DNA of 62,662 bases from Deltaproteobacteria bacterium (GTDB lineage Bacteria > Myxococcota > JACRCW01). This document shows, one piece after another, positions 8,286 to 17,627 of the stretch. The notes beneath the pieces are model-generated. The model did no database searches, was not told the DNA's origin, and worked only from the letters and a program-made list of their open reading frames with translations. Each line of letters opens with the position of its first letter. Position 1 is the stretch's first letter. The translations under genes and the position numbers were made by a program. The stretch is taken from assembly GCA_016218805.1 (NCBI GenBank), contig JACRCW010000164.1, positions 1 through 62,662 on the forward strand, written 5' to 3'.

Positions 8286-11147
8286 CTACGCGGAGGCAGA
8301 GGCGCGCGCGGAGCGGCCCCGTGACGGCGGCTCCAGCAGCGGCCGGAGGAACTGACCGGTGTGGCTGTCCGCCGCCCGCGCCACCTGCTCCGGCGTGCCC
8401 TGCGCCAACACCCGCCCGCCCCGCGCCCCACCCTCCGGACCCATGTCAATCAGCCAGTCCGCCGTCTTGATCACGTCCAGGTTGTGCTCAATCACAATCA
8501 CCGTGTTGCCCGCATCCGCAAACCGGTGCAGCACGTTCAGCAGCCGCGCCACGTCGTCAAAATGCAGGCCGGTGGTCGGCTCATCCAGGATGTACACCGT
8601 CTTGCCCGTGGGCCGCTTCTGCAGTTCCTTGGCCAGCTTGATGCGCTGCGCCTCGCCGCCGGACAGCGTCGTCGCCTGCTGGCCCAGGTGGATGTACCCC
8701 AGCCCCACTTCATCCAGCATCTCCAGCTTGCGCCGCAGCGCCGGGATGTTCTGGAAGAACTCGCGCGCTTCCGTGGCGGTCAGGTCCAGCACGTCCGCAA
8801 TGGACTTGCCGCGGTACTGCACCTGCAGCGTCTCCGGGTTGTAACGCTTACCGTGGCACTGCTCGCAGGTGACGTACACGTCCGGCAGGAAGTTCATCTC
8901 AATCTTCAGGACGCCGTCACCTTCGCAGGACTCGCACCGCCCGCCCTTGACGTTGAATGAAAACCGCCCCGGCTTGTACCCGCGCACCTTGGCGTCCGGC
9001 AGCTCCGCAAACAGGTCCCGGATGTCCCCGAAGATCCCCGTGTACGTCGCCGGGTTGCTCCGCGGCGTCCGCCCAATCGGCGTTTGGTCAATGTCGATGA
9101 TCTTGTCCACCGCGTCCACACCGTCAATGGACTTGTGCGGCGCGGGGCGTTCCCGCGTGTTGTACAGCTTGTGCGCCAGCCCCTGGTACAGCGTGTCAAT
9201 GGTCAGCGTGCTCTTGCCGCTGCCGCTCACCCCGGTGACGACGACAAACTTCCCCAGCGGGAACTCCACCGTGACGTCCTTGAGGTTGTTGCCGGTGGCG
9301 TTGCGCACCGTGAGCGCGCGGCCGTTGCCCAGCCGGCGGGTGCGCGGCACCTCCACGCGCATCTTCCCGGCCAGGTACTTCCCGGTCAGGCTGTCGTTGT
9401 GCGCCATGATCTCCGCGGGTGTGCCCTCCGCCACCACGTGCCCGCCGCGCAGCCCGGCGCCGGGCCCCATGTCCACCACGTGGTCCGCCGCCAGGATGGT
9501 GTCCGCGTCGTGCTCCACCACCACCACCGTGTTCCCCAGATCGCGCAGGCGCCGCAGCATGGCCAGCAGGCGCTCGTTGTCGCGCTGGTGCAGGCCAATG
9601 GACGGCTCATCCAGCACGTACAACACGCCCACCAGCGCGCTGCCAATCTGCGTGGCCAGGCGGATGCGCTGGCCTTCACCGCCGGACAGCGTGCCCGCCG
9701 CGCGGTCCAGTGACAGGTAGTCCAGCCCCACGGCGTTGAGGAAACCCAGCCGCTCACGGATCTCCTTGAGCACCATGCGCGCAATGGCCTCTTCGCGCGG
9801 GGTCAGCGGCAGCTTCCCGAAGAACTGCTCCGCCTCAACAATGGACAGGTGCTCCACCTCGTTGATGGCGCGGCCGGCCACGCGCACGTGCAGGCTCTCC
9901 GGGCGCAGGCGCGCGCCCTTGCAGTCATTGCACGGGCTGTGCGCCATGTACTTCTGCAGGTCCTCGCGCACTCCCTCAGACTGCGTCTCCTTGTAGCGGC
10001 GGTTGAGGTTGGGCAGCACGCCCTCAAAGTCCCGCGTGAACTGGTAGGACGTGGTGTCCGACGCCATCTTGAAGTTGAACTCCTTGCCCTTGCTGCCGTG
10101 GAGGATGACGTCACGCGCCTCCTTGGGCAGCTTGTTGAACGGCGTGTCCATGCGGAACTTGTAGTGCTTACTCACCACCTCCAGCATGGACATGTGGTAG
10201 CTGCTCCACATCCCGCTCCACGGGTCCACCGCGCCATCCGCCAGTGACAGCGTGGGGTCCGGGACAATCAGCGCCTCGTCAAAGAACATGGTCTCGCCCA
10301 GACCGTGGCACCCGGGGCACGCGCCCGCCGGGTTGTTGAACGAGAACATCCGCGGCGTGATCTCCGGGTAGCTGATGCCGCAGTCAATGCAGGCGTGGCG
10401 CTCGCTGACCAGGAAGCTCTCCCCGCCGGTGACCTCAATGCGCCCAAGTCCCTCGCCGAGCTTGAGGGCCAGTTCCACCGCGTCCGCCACGCGCTGGCGC
10501 ATGCCGGGCTTGAGCACCAGGCGGTCAATGAACAGGTCAATGGTGTGCTTCTTGTTCTTGTCGAGTTTGATGTCCTCGGACAGGTCCCGCACGTCGCCGT
10601 CCACGCGTACGCGCGCGTAGCCGTCCTTGCGCAGCTTGAGCAGCTCGTTGCGGTATTCGCCCTTGCGGTCCCGCACAATGGGCGCGAGCACGGCGAACCG
10701 CGACTCCTCCTTCAGGCCCATGACGCGGTCAATGATCTGGCTGGCCGTCTGCGCCTCAATGGGCTTGCCGCACTGGTAACAGAACGGCCGGCCAATGCGC
10801 GCAAACAGCAGGCGCAGATAGTCATGGATTTCCGTCACCGTGCCGACGGTGGAGCGCGGGTTGCGGGAGGTGGTCTTCTGCTCAATGGAGATGGCGGGAG
10901 ACAGGCCTTCAATGGAGTCCACGTCCGGCTTGCTCTGTTGCTCCAGGAACTGGCGGGCGTACGCGGACAGGCTCTCCACGTAACGCCGCTGGCCCTCCGC
11001 GTAGAGCGTGTCAAACGCCAGGCTGGACTTGCCGCTCCCCGACAGCCCGGTGATGACAATCAGCTTGTCGCGCGGGAGCGCGACGTCAATGTTCTTGAGG
11101 TTGTGCTCGCGCGCACCCCGGATGACGATGGCGTTCTTCTCAGTCAC
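8286..11147 (-). CDS. uvrA: Excinuclease ABC subunit A
   Basis: GAREHNLKN, two Walker A motifs ([16 protein letters not shown]), two LSGGE signatures, zinc fingers. Start trimmed to a GTG near 11147. Confidence 0.98.
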   Translation of the reverse strand: MTEKNAIVIRGAREHNLKNIDVALPRDKLIVITGLSGSGKSSLAFDTLYAEGQRRYVESLSAYARQFLEQQSKPDVDSIEGLSPAISIEQKTTSRNPRSTVGTVTEIHDYLRLLFARIGRPFCYQCGKPIEAQTASQIIDRVMGLKEESRFAVLAPIVRDRKGEYRNELLKLRKDGYARVRVDGDVRDLSEDIKLDKNKKHTIDLFIDRLVLKPGMRQRVADAVELALKLGEGLGRIEVTGGESFLVSERHACIDCGISYPEITPRMFSFNNPAGACPGCHGLGETMFFDEALIVPDPTLSLADGAVDPWSGMWSSYHMSMLEVVSKHYKFRMDTPFNKLPKEARDVILHGSKGKEFNFKMASDTTSYQFTRDFEGVLPNLNRRYKETQSEGVREDLQKYMAHSPCNDCKGARLRPESLHVRVAGRAINEVEHLSIVEAEQFFGKLPLTPREEAIARMVLKEIRERLGFLNAVGLDYLSLDRAAGTLSGGEGQRIRLATQIGSALVGVLYVLDEPSIGLHQRDNERLLAMLRRLRDLGNTVVVVEHDADTILAADHVVDMGPGAGLRGGHVVAEGTPAEIMAHNDSLTGKYLAGKMRVEVPRTRRLGNGRALTVRNATGNNLKDVTVEFPLGKFVVVTGVSGSGKSTLTIDTLYQGLAHKLYNTRERPAPHKSIDGVDAVDKIIDIDQTPIGRTPRSNPATYTGIFGDIRDLFAELPDAKVRGYKPGRFSFNVKGGRCESCEGDGVLKIEMNFLPDVYVTCEQCHGKRYNPETLQVQYRGKSIADVLDLTATEAREFFQNIPALRRKLEMLDEVGLGYIHLGQQATTLSGGEAQRIKLAKELQKRPTGKTVYILDEPTTGLHFDDVARLLNVLHRFADAGNTVIVIEHNLDVIKTADWLIDMGPEGGARGGRVLAQGTPEQVARAADSHTGQFLRPLLEPPSRGRSARASASA

Positions 11148-11166
11148 GGCCACACCCGCCCGATAG

Positions 11167-11182
11167 GGCAACAGTTGTTCAG
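11167..11182. promoter_or_regulatory. Possible LexA (SOS) box upstream of uvrA
   Basis: GGCAAC-AGTT-GTTCAG has an AAC-N4-GTT core and the GTTCAG half-site of the Myxococcus-type LexA box. Left half is imperfect. Confidence 0.35.
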
Positions 11183-11320
11183 TGGTGGGTGATTTAGTGG
11201 GCGGACGGACCGGACGCCAGCGCCCAAGACGGTCAGGATTCCGCTGGCGGTCCGTGCCGGTGGCTGCCGCGGCCGGTTCCGCATGTTAAGGGCCACCGCG
11301 GACCGACGGGAGTGCCGGCC

Positions 11321-11695
11321 ATGACGACGCTGGGAGACGCAACCTCAACCCGGTCCCCACCGCGCGGCCTGCCGGCGCGCGTGGCGCGCGCACTGCTGGA
11401 GTTCAAGCGTCGCCTCACCGAGTCCCACGGCGACCGGTTCGAGGAAATGCGCCTGTTCGGGTCCTACGCGCGGGGCGAACAGCATGGTGACAGCGACGTG
11501 GATGTCCTGCTGCTGTTCCGCGACCGCCTGGGACTGCGTGAAGATCTCCCCGTGTTTGATCACGTTGCCGCGGTGGACGTGGCGGAGCAGGTCTGGCTGA
11601 GCCCGCTCATCTATTCGCGCGCCGAATACGAGGAGCGGATGGCGCACGAGAACGACCTGGTCCTGGACATCCAACGCGACGGGATCCTGGTGTGA
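11321..11695 (+). CDS. Minimal nucleotidyltransferase (MNT/MntA-type antitoxin)
   Basis: Exact GS-X10-DXD motif (FGSYARGEQHGDSDVD), about 124 aa, typical ...IQRDGILV end. Confidence 0.85.
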   Translation: MTTLGDATSTRSPPRGLPARVARALLEFKRRLTESHGDRFEEMRLFGSYARGEQHGDSDVDVLLLFRDRLGLREDLPVFDHVAAVDVAEQVWLSPLIYSRAEYEERMAHENDLVLDIQRDGILV

Positions 11696-11775
11696 GCCCG
11701 GACAACACCCGGCGCGCCGTTGACCTGGAGCTGGCCAAGGCGCGCAGCTGAGCCAACCGCGCGTACCACTGGCAG
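11692..11775 (+). pseudogene. Remnant of the cognate HEPN toxin gene
   Basis: GTGA overlap with the MNT stop. Reads MSPDNTRRAVDLELAKARS-stop-ANRAYHWQ, i.e. a HEPN-like first helix and the in-frame ANRAY motif, then truncated. Confidence 0.6.
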
Positions 11776-13254
11776 TCAGGACTCCGGCAGCGGTTTCTCC
11801 GTATCGAACACCACGGGCCCCAGCTTCGCCTCGTCGTCGGACGCGCCGGACCGGGCCTCGCGCAGCGCGGCCAGCTCATGGGCCAGCTCCGGGAAGCGCC
11901 AGTCCTTGCGGCCCTCCTCAATCTGCAGGTCACCGCCCAGGCGCAGCAGTTGCCGCGTGAGCTGGTCTTCGGACGGGGCAAACCCGCTGCCCTGCTCCCA
12001 CGCGCGCGCTGCCTGTTCGCCCGTGACCCCGCCGCCGGCGCTCCCGCGGATGAGCCGCAGCAGCGCGCGGCGCCCGTTCTGCACCTGCGCCTTGGCCACG
12101 TCACGGATGCGGCCCAGCGCGCGCCCCACGGGCAGCGTGAACACCGTGGCGGAAAACGCAATGGGGATGACGCCGAGCAGGATGGGAATGGAATGGTCCG
12201 GCCAGCGGTACGGGGGAATGCCGGCCAGGATGGCCTGCAGGTTGGCGAGCGTGAGCCCCACGGACGCGGCCCACGCGCCCATGGCCAGGTTGAAGGAGTT
12301 CAGTCCCACGACGAGCAGGTTGGTCCCCACGGAGTTGTCACCGGTGAGCGCGGGCACCTGCACGGGCCGCTCCCAGGCCATGGGCACGCGCGTGGGCAGC
12401 ACCACCGCCTCCGCAGTCTTCCGGAGATCCTTGAAGACGTAGAACACCGCGCCTTCCTCGGTGACCTCCACGTCGCCCTCGTAATCCACCAGCAGGCGCG
12501 TCACCAGCCGCTCCGCCTCCGGGCGGTCCAGCGCGGTCACGCTCATCACGTCCCACACGCCCACGCGCCCGTGGTGGTCACGGATGAACGCCAGCAGCAG
12601 GCGCTCCTGCTCCAGCGGGTCCACCGGTTTCTCCTCGGGGCCAAAGATGAACTGCCAGACGCGCTCGTACAGGCGTTTCCCCGGCTTGCGGCGCCGGCCG
12701 TAGCGGTCGTCGTCGTACTGGCGGATGGCCCGGTAATGGAATGACGCCCAGATGGCGTCTGTCACCAGGTCAATGAACATCCGCATCAGGAAGAAGTCAC
12801 CCAACGAGAACCCGCGGCCACCGCGATCATCGTCGTCACTGCTGCGGCCGGAGGCGGCCAGCGTGATGCCAATGAGGATGAGCGCAAAGATCACGGTGTA
12901 CGCGATCATGGTCACCAGCAGCCACACCTTCATGCCCGCCTTGATGCCGGTCCACAGCCATTTCCCGACGCGGGAGGCCCACTCGGAAAGCGTCTCCCGG
13001 GTGGCCCACGGGCGGGTGAAGCCGGTGGGAAACGAGTAGACGACGTCACCGCCCTCGGCGACCTTGAGGTTGCCGCGGTAGGTGGTGAGCGCCCACTGCA
13101 GGCCGCGTTCCGCGTCACGCAATGCCAGGCCGGTCTTGGCGGCGGCGTCCGCCACCGTCACATCCCGGATGGACGCGCCAAGCTTGTCCGCCAGCGTGCG
13201 GCCGCTGCGTTCTGCCTCCAGGATTCGCGGTCGTGGGCGGGTGGCGGTGACCAT
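11776..13254 (-). CDS. Conserved membrane protein resembling the cyanobacterial/plastid At5g03900 family
   Basis: DVTVADAAAKTGLALRDAERGL...GNLKVAEGGDVVYSFP and a second copy VGVWDVMSVT...YEGDVEVTEEGAVFYVF, separated by TM segments. Confidence 0.6.
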   Translation of the reverse strand: MVTATRPRPRILEAERSGRTLADKLGASIRDVTVADAAAKTGLALRDAERGLQWALTTYRGNLKVAEGGDVVYSFPTGFTRPWATRETLSEWASRVGKWLWTGIKAGMKVWLLVTMIAYTVIFALILIGITLAASGRSSDDDDRGGRGFSLGDFFLMRMFIDLVTDAIWASFHYRAIRQYDDDRYGRRRKPGKRLYERVWQFIFGPEEKPVDPLEQERLLLAFIRDHHGRVGVWDVMSVTALDRPEAERLVTRLLVDYEGDVEVTEEGAVFYVFKDLRKTAEAVVLPTRVPMAWERPVQVPALTGDNSVGTNLLVVGLNSFNLAMGAWAASVGLTLANLQAILAGIPPYRWPDHSIPILLGVIPIAFSATVFTLPVGRALGRIRDVAKAQVQNGRRALLRLIRGSAGGGVTGEQAARAWEQGSGFAPSEDQLTRQLLRLGGDLQIEEGRKDWRFPELAHELAALREARSGASDDEAKLGPVVFDTEKPLPES

Positions 13255-13310
13255 GGTGCGGGGCTCCTCCGTGGATGACGGCGCCGGTCATACTGGCGTC
13301 GGACTTCCAG

Positions 13311-14330
13311 TCAAGGTCGCCCTACGCGGACGCGCAACCCGGCGGCCATGGTGTCGACGTGGAACGTGACCGGCAGGAAGCGCGGGATGAGCTCCAGTTG
13401 CGTGCGCGCGTGCCCGGACAGGGTCGCCGTTGCGAACTCGCCTTCCCCGGCCAACGCCAGCGGCAGCAGCAGTTGGTCCGCCAGGTGCTCACCCACGGGC
13501 AGGCCCGCCGCCAGGTAGCCGTTCACCTCCTCCACCACGCGGGCCGCCACCTCCTCCGCGCGCGTGCGCTTCTCGCCAAACGCGGTGAACACCTCGGTGA
13601 CGTGTTCGCTGACCAGTTCAATCACAATGGCGTTGCCGGGGCCCGGGGACGCGGTGATGTCCTCAACGCGCACCTGGTCCGGGCGCAGCCCCAGGCCCGC
13701 CCGCACCACGTCCGCTTCGCGGTCTCCAACGTGACCGGGCAGGCGGGACAGCAGGATGCGCGCGCGCCGGTCCCGCACGGCACCGCGCTCCAGCAGCGAG
13801 AACCCCCGCAACGTGCGCGCGGGCGTGATGTCCACGTGGAAGCGGCCTCCGCCGGCGGGGAAGAACCCCCAGGCGGACAGGGACACGTCCACGCGCGGCC
13901 CCATACGGCACAGCAACGGCAGGAACGCGCGTTCCAGGAAGTCAAACGGGGGAGCCAGCGGGTTGTGCGTCCCGCCCTCGAGGTCGAGGGAAGTCGGAGC
14001 GTGGTGCAACAACAGCGCGGGCAGGACGGCTTGCAGGACCAGCGTGGCGCTGCCCGCGGTACCCACGCGGAAGGAATGGTGTCCCCCGACGACGGTGGCC
14101 GGCTGGAAGGACAGCGCACGCGACCCCTGTTCCGCGCCTTCCACGTGCGCGGCGCCCACGCGTTGCGCGGCAAGGACCGCGGCCAGGTGCTGCCGCATGA
14201 GCCCCGGCCGCGGGCGCCCCGCCCGGATGTTCTTCGCCCGGAACGGGGTGCCCGTGACCAGAGACAGCGCCAGCGCGGTGCGGAGCACCTGGCCGCCGCC
14301 TTCGCCCATGGACCCGTCAATCTCCAGCAT
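13311..14330 (-). CDS. rtcA: RNA 3'-terminal phosphate cyclase
   Basis: IDGSMGEGGGQVLRTAL, RPRPGLMRQH, GGTHNPLAPP, catalytic VGEHLADQL. Confidence 0.97.
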   Translation of the reverse strand: MLEIDGSMGEGGGQVLRTALALSLVTGTPFRAKNIRAGRPRPGLMRQHLAAVLAAQRVGAAHVEGAEQGSRALSFQPATVVGGHHSFRVGTAGSATLVLQAVLPALLLHHAPTSLDLEGGTHNPLAPPFDFLERAFLPLLCRMGPRVDVSLSAWGFFPAGGGRFHVDITPARTLRGFSLLERGAVRDRRARILLSRLPGHVGDREADVVRAGLGLRPDQVRVEDITASPGPGNAIVIELVSEHVTEVFTAFGEKRTRAEEVAARVVEEVNGYLAAGLPVGEHLADQLLLPLALAGEGEFATATLSGHARTQLELIPRFLPVTFHVDTMAAGLRVRVGRP

Positions 14331-14333
14331 GGG

Positions 14334-15566
14334 TCATCCCTTCACGCACACCACCTGCTTGAGCGTGTGCACAATCTCCACCAGGTCCGCCTGCGCCGCC
14401 ATCACCGCGTCAATGTCCTTGTACGCCGCGGGCGTCTCGTCAATCACGTCGTCATCCTTGCGGCACTCCACGCCGGCGGTGGCGCGCGCGTGGTCCTCCA
14501 CGGTGAAGCGGCGGCGCGCCTCGGTGCGGGACATGGCGCGGCCCGCCCCGTGGCTGCACGAGCAGAAGCTCTCCGGGTCCCCCTTGCCGCGGACGATGTA
14601 GCTCCGCGCGCCCATGCTGCCCGGGATGATGCCCAGCTCGCCGTCACCCGCGCGCACCGCGCCCTTGCGCGTGACCATCACGTCTTCGCCGTGGTGGCGC
14701 TCCCAGGAGACGTAGTTGTGGTGGCAGTTCACCGCTTCCACGTCCGCCCCAAACGGCGGGATGTCCCCGCACGCCGCCACCGCGTCAATTACCGCCGCCA
14801 TCATGAGCCGGCGGTTCTGCGCCGCGTAGTCCTGCGCCCAACCCACCGCGCGCACGTATGCGCGGAAGTGCTCCGTGCCCTCCGGCAGGTACGCCAAATC
14901 CTTATCCGGCAGGTTCACAAAATACCGGCGCATGTCCTCCCGCGCGAGCTCAATGAAATACGACCCAACGCGGTTACCCACGCCACGCGAGCCGCTGTGG
15001 AGCATGAACCAGACGCGGCCGTCCTCGTCCAGGCACACTTCAATGAAGTGGTTTCCCGTGCCCAGCGTACCCAGCTGCGCCACGTCCACGCCGCGGCCAA
15101 TGCGCGGGTGCTCGCTCACAATCGCCTCGTAGCGCTCGCGCAGCGGCGCCCACGCTTCGGCCACGCGCGCCGGCGGGTCACGCCACGCGCCGCGGTCATT
15201 GCGGCCACCGTTGTCCGTGCGGCCGTGCGGCACCGCGCGCTCAATGGCCGCGCGCACGTGGCCCAGTGACTCCGGGAGATCCTCCGCCCGCAAGGTGGTG
15301 CGCACCGCCATCATCCCGCAGCCGATGTCCACGCCCACCGCGGCGGGGACCACCGCGCCGCGCGTGGCAATGACGCTGCCCACCGTGGCCCCCTTGCCCA
15401 GGTGCACGTCCGGCATCACCGCCACCCACTTGTGGATGAACGGGAGGCTGGCGATGCGGCGGAGCTGCGCCAGCGCGTCGGCCTCAACGGGCACGCCGCG
15501 GGTCCAGCCCTTGATCGGCGTGGTTCCCGGTTCCTGGAGGAAGTCGTAGCTGCGGTGGGTTTCCAT
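14334..15566 (-). CDS. rtcB: RNA-splicing/repair ligase RtcB
   Basis: MPDVHLGKG, VGVDIGCG, GTLGTGNHF, HSGSRG, HHNY, SHGAGR. ATG at 15566 with RBS AAGGAG. Confidence 0.97.
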   Translation of the reverse strand: METHRSYDFLQEPGTTPIKGWTRGVPVEADALAQLRRIASLPFIHKWVAVMPDVHLGKGATVGSVIATRGAVVPAAVGVDIGCGMMAVRTTLRAEDLPESLGHVRAAIERAVPHGRTDNGGRNDRGAWRDPPARVAEAWAPLRERYEAIVSEHPRIGRGVDVAQLGTLGTGNHFIEVCLDEDGRVWFMLHSGSRGVGNRVGSYFIELAREDMRRYFVNLPDKDLAYLPEGTEHFRAYVRAVGWAQDYAAQNRRLMMAAVIDAVAACGDIPPFGADVEAVNCHHNYVSWERHHGEDVMVTRKGAVRAGDGELGIIPGSMGARSYIVRGKGDPESFCSCSHGAGRAMSRTEARRRFTVEDHARATAGVECRKDDDVIDETPAAYKDIDAVMAAQADLVEIVHTLKQVVCVKG

Positions 15567-15594
15567 GGTGCGTTCTCCTTCGACACCGCCTTGT

Positions 15595-15610
15595 CGCACG
15601 GTGCGTGCCA
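15595..15610 (-). promoter_or_regulatory. Sigma54 (-24/-12) promoter of rtcBA
   Basis: TGGCACGCACCGTGCG, GG-N10-GC spacing, about 30 nt upstream of rtcB. rtcBA is sigma54-dependent in E. coli. Confidence 0.65.
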
Positions 15611-15725
15611 CGCGGGCCGCCACGCGCGTGCACAGGCGGTCCGCGCGGGTGTGATACGTTGGGATAAACTGATGATTCGCTGGAATCAGTCGCCGGCACA
15701 CCCGCGGGCGCGGTAGACGGGGACC

Positions 15726-16541
15726 ATGGACCCGCGGCTCCCGTTGCGCGTGCTGGGCCGGAGCGTGGCCGGCGTGGAGACGTGCATTGAGCTGCCGTCA
15801 CTGCGGGTGGCGCTGGACCTGGGGCGCTGCATCAAGAGCACCGTTGCCTGCAGCACGGTCCTGGTCTCGCACGGGCACCTGGACCATTGCGGCGCCGTGG
15901 CACAACACGCGGCGCGCCGGTCCCTGCTGGGCATGGAGGCGGCCCGCTACGTGGTCCCCCGCCCCGTGGTGGACGCGGTGCAGCGCGTGTTTGACGCGCA
16001 CGGCGCCCTGGACGGGACCGTCATCCCGCGCACGGTGGTGCCACTGGATCCGGGCGAGGAGCTGGCGCTGGGGCCCGGCCGCCGCGTGCGCGCGTTCCGG
16101 ACGGACCACCGCGTGGTGAGCCAGGGGTACGTCATCACGGAGCGGCGCAAGCGCCTGCGGCCGGAGTTTGCCGCCACGCCGGGACCGGAGCTGGGCGTGT
16201 TGCGGCGCCAGGGCGTGGTCATTGAGGACGAAGTCACCGCGCCACTGCTGGCCTTCACCGGGGACACGCGCATGGAAGCGCTGGAGCGCGACGAAGAAGC
16301 CCGGCGCGCGCGCGTGCTGGTGATGGAGGTGAGCTTCCTGGATGACCGGGTCCCCGTGGCCCAGGCGCGGGAGCTGGGCCACATCCACCTCGATGAAGTG
16401 CTCCCCCGCGCGGACATGTTCCACAACGAGGTGCTGGTGTTTTCACACTTCTCAGACCGCTACGACGCTGCCAGCGTGCGCGCCATCCTGGCCGCGCGGC
16501 TGCCGGAGCCGTTGCGGGACCGCGTAGTGCCACTGCTGTGA
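15726..16541 (+). CDS. RNase Z-type metallo-beta-lactamase nuclease (short form)
   Basis: HGHLDH (HxHxDH), RTDHRVVSQGY, flexible arm RKRLRPEF...G, FTGDT, GHIHLDE, SHFSDRY. Confidence 0.85.
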   Translation: MDPRLPLRVLGRSVAGVETCIELPSLRVALDLGRCIKSTVACSTVLVSHGHLDHCGAVAQHAARRSLLGMEAARYVVPRPVVDAVQRVFDAHGALDGTVIPRTVVPLDPGEELALGPGRRVRAFRTDHRVVSQGYVITERRKRLRPEFAATPGPELGVLRRQGVVIEDEVTAPLLAFTGDTRMEALERDEEARRARVLVMEVSFLDDRVPVAQARELGHIHLDEVLPRADMFHNEVLVFSHFSDRYDAASVRAILAARLPEPLRDRVVPLL

Positions 16542-16545
16542 CGCT

Positions 16546-17577
16546 TCAGCGCAGCCAGAGGAACGCGCCCGCGCCCAGCAGGACCACGGCCACGCCTCCA
16601 AGCACCAGGCCCGCCAGGCCCAGCACCACCGCGCCCGCCACCCCACCGTACACCGTGGTGACGACGACCGTCCCCAGCCCCTTGCCCAGGAACACATTGC
16701 CCGGCCGCTGCGATTCGGCGAGCACGCCGCCGGCCAGTGCACCGGACCCGGCCGCCAGCAGCACCGCCGCCAGGGCGGCCACGCTGACCAGCCCGCCGCC
16801 GCCCAGCAGCGCCAGCAATCCCGCGCGCGACTGCGCAGGTGCGGCGGGTGGTGGGGCGGGCGCAACGGTTCCGGCGGGCCGCACCACCGGTTCCGCGGGC
16901 CGCGCCACCGGCTGCGCGGCCGCCTTCTGCAGCGGCACGTGCACGGAGCGGGACTCCCCGGCCACAATCTCCACCGTGGTCTGCTGCGTGGTGTGCCCGG
17001 CCAGCGAGATGCGGACCAGGTTGGGCCCCGGCGGCAGCGTCCCCACGTCAGCCGGCGTGGTCCCGGCGGGCCGGCCATTGACCTCCACGGTGGCGCCCGC
17101 CGGGTCAGACTGGACGGAGAGCTTGCCGGACACGCCTGCATGGAGGAGGTCGCGCCACACGGTCCGGAGGGACGCCTGCTCGGCGGCGGAGCGCGGGACG
17201 GAGTGGAGCGCTTCGCGCACGCGTGTGCCGGCCGCCACCTGCAGGACGCGCACGCGCGCACGCGTACCCGCGCGGTCCAGATCCACCGTGCCCAATGCGT
17301 CCACCTTGAGGTGCGCCGCCGCGCGCCGCATGCAGGCCTCGTCCATGGACTCGCAGCCCAGCGCCACAAGGAGCTCATCCACGCCCAGCGCGGGCGGTGG
17401 GGTCCAGGCAAACGTGCGGCTCTCCGCGGTCTCCAGCCGCAGCAGTTCCAGCACGGCCCGGCGGTGCGCCGCGTCAGTGCCCGGCGGGCTGGTGTCCACC
17501 ACCGCCACCGGGCGGGCGGGGCCGGCGCCCAGGCTCGGCGGCGCCAGCAACAGTGCAAGGAGTGCAGCGAATGCCAC
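16546..17577 (-). CDS. PEGA-domain secreted/membrane protein
   Basis: GKLSVQSDPAGATVEVNGRPAGTTP PEGA motif, signal peptide, C-terminal TMs. Confidence 0.75.
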   Translation of the reverse strand: MAFAALLALLLAPPSLGAGPARPVAVVDTSPPGTDAAHRRAVLELLRLETAESRTFAWTPPPALGVDELLVALGCESMDEACMRRAAAHLKVDALGTVDLDRAGTRARVRVLQVAAGTRVREALHSVPRSAAEQASLRTVWRDLLHAGVSGKLSVQSDPAGATVEVNGRPAGTTPADVGTLPPGPNLVRISLAGHTTQQTTVEIVAGESRSVHVPLQKAAAQPVARPAEPVVRPAGTVAPAPPPAAPAQSRAGLLALLGGGGLVSVAALAAVLLAAGSGALAGGVLAESQRPGNVFLGKGLGTVVVTTVYGGVAGAVVLGLAGLVLGGVAVVLLGAGAFLWLR

Positions 17578-17627
17578 GGGGGCACATCACCGCGGAATGG
17601 CGCGCCGTGTCAAACCGTGCGTCGTCG

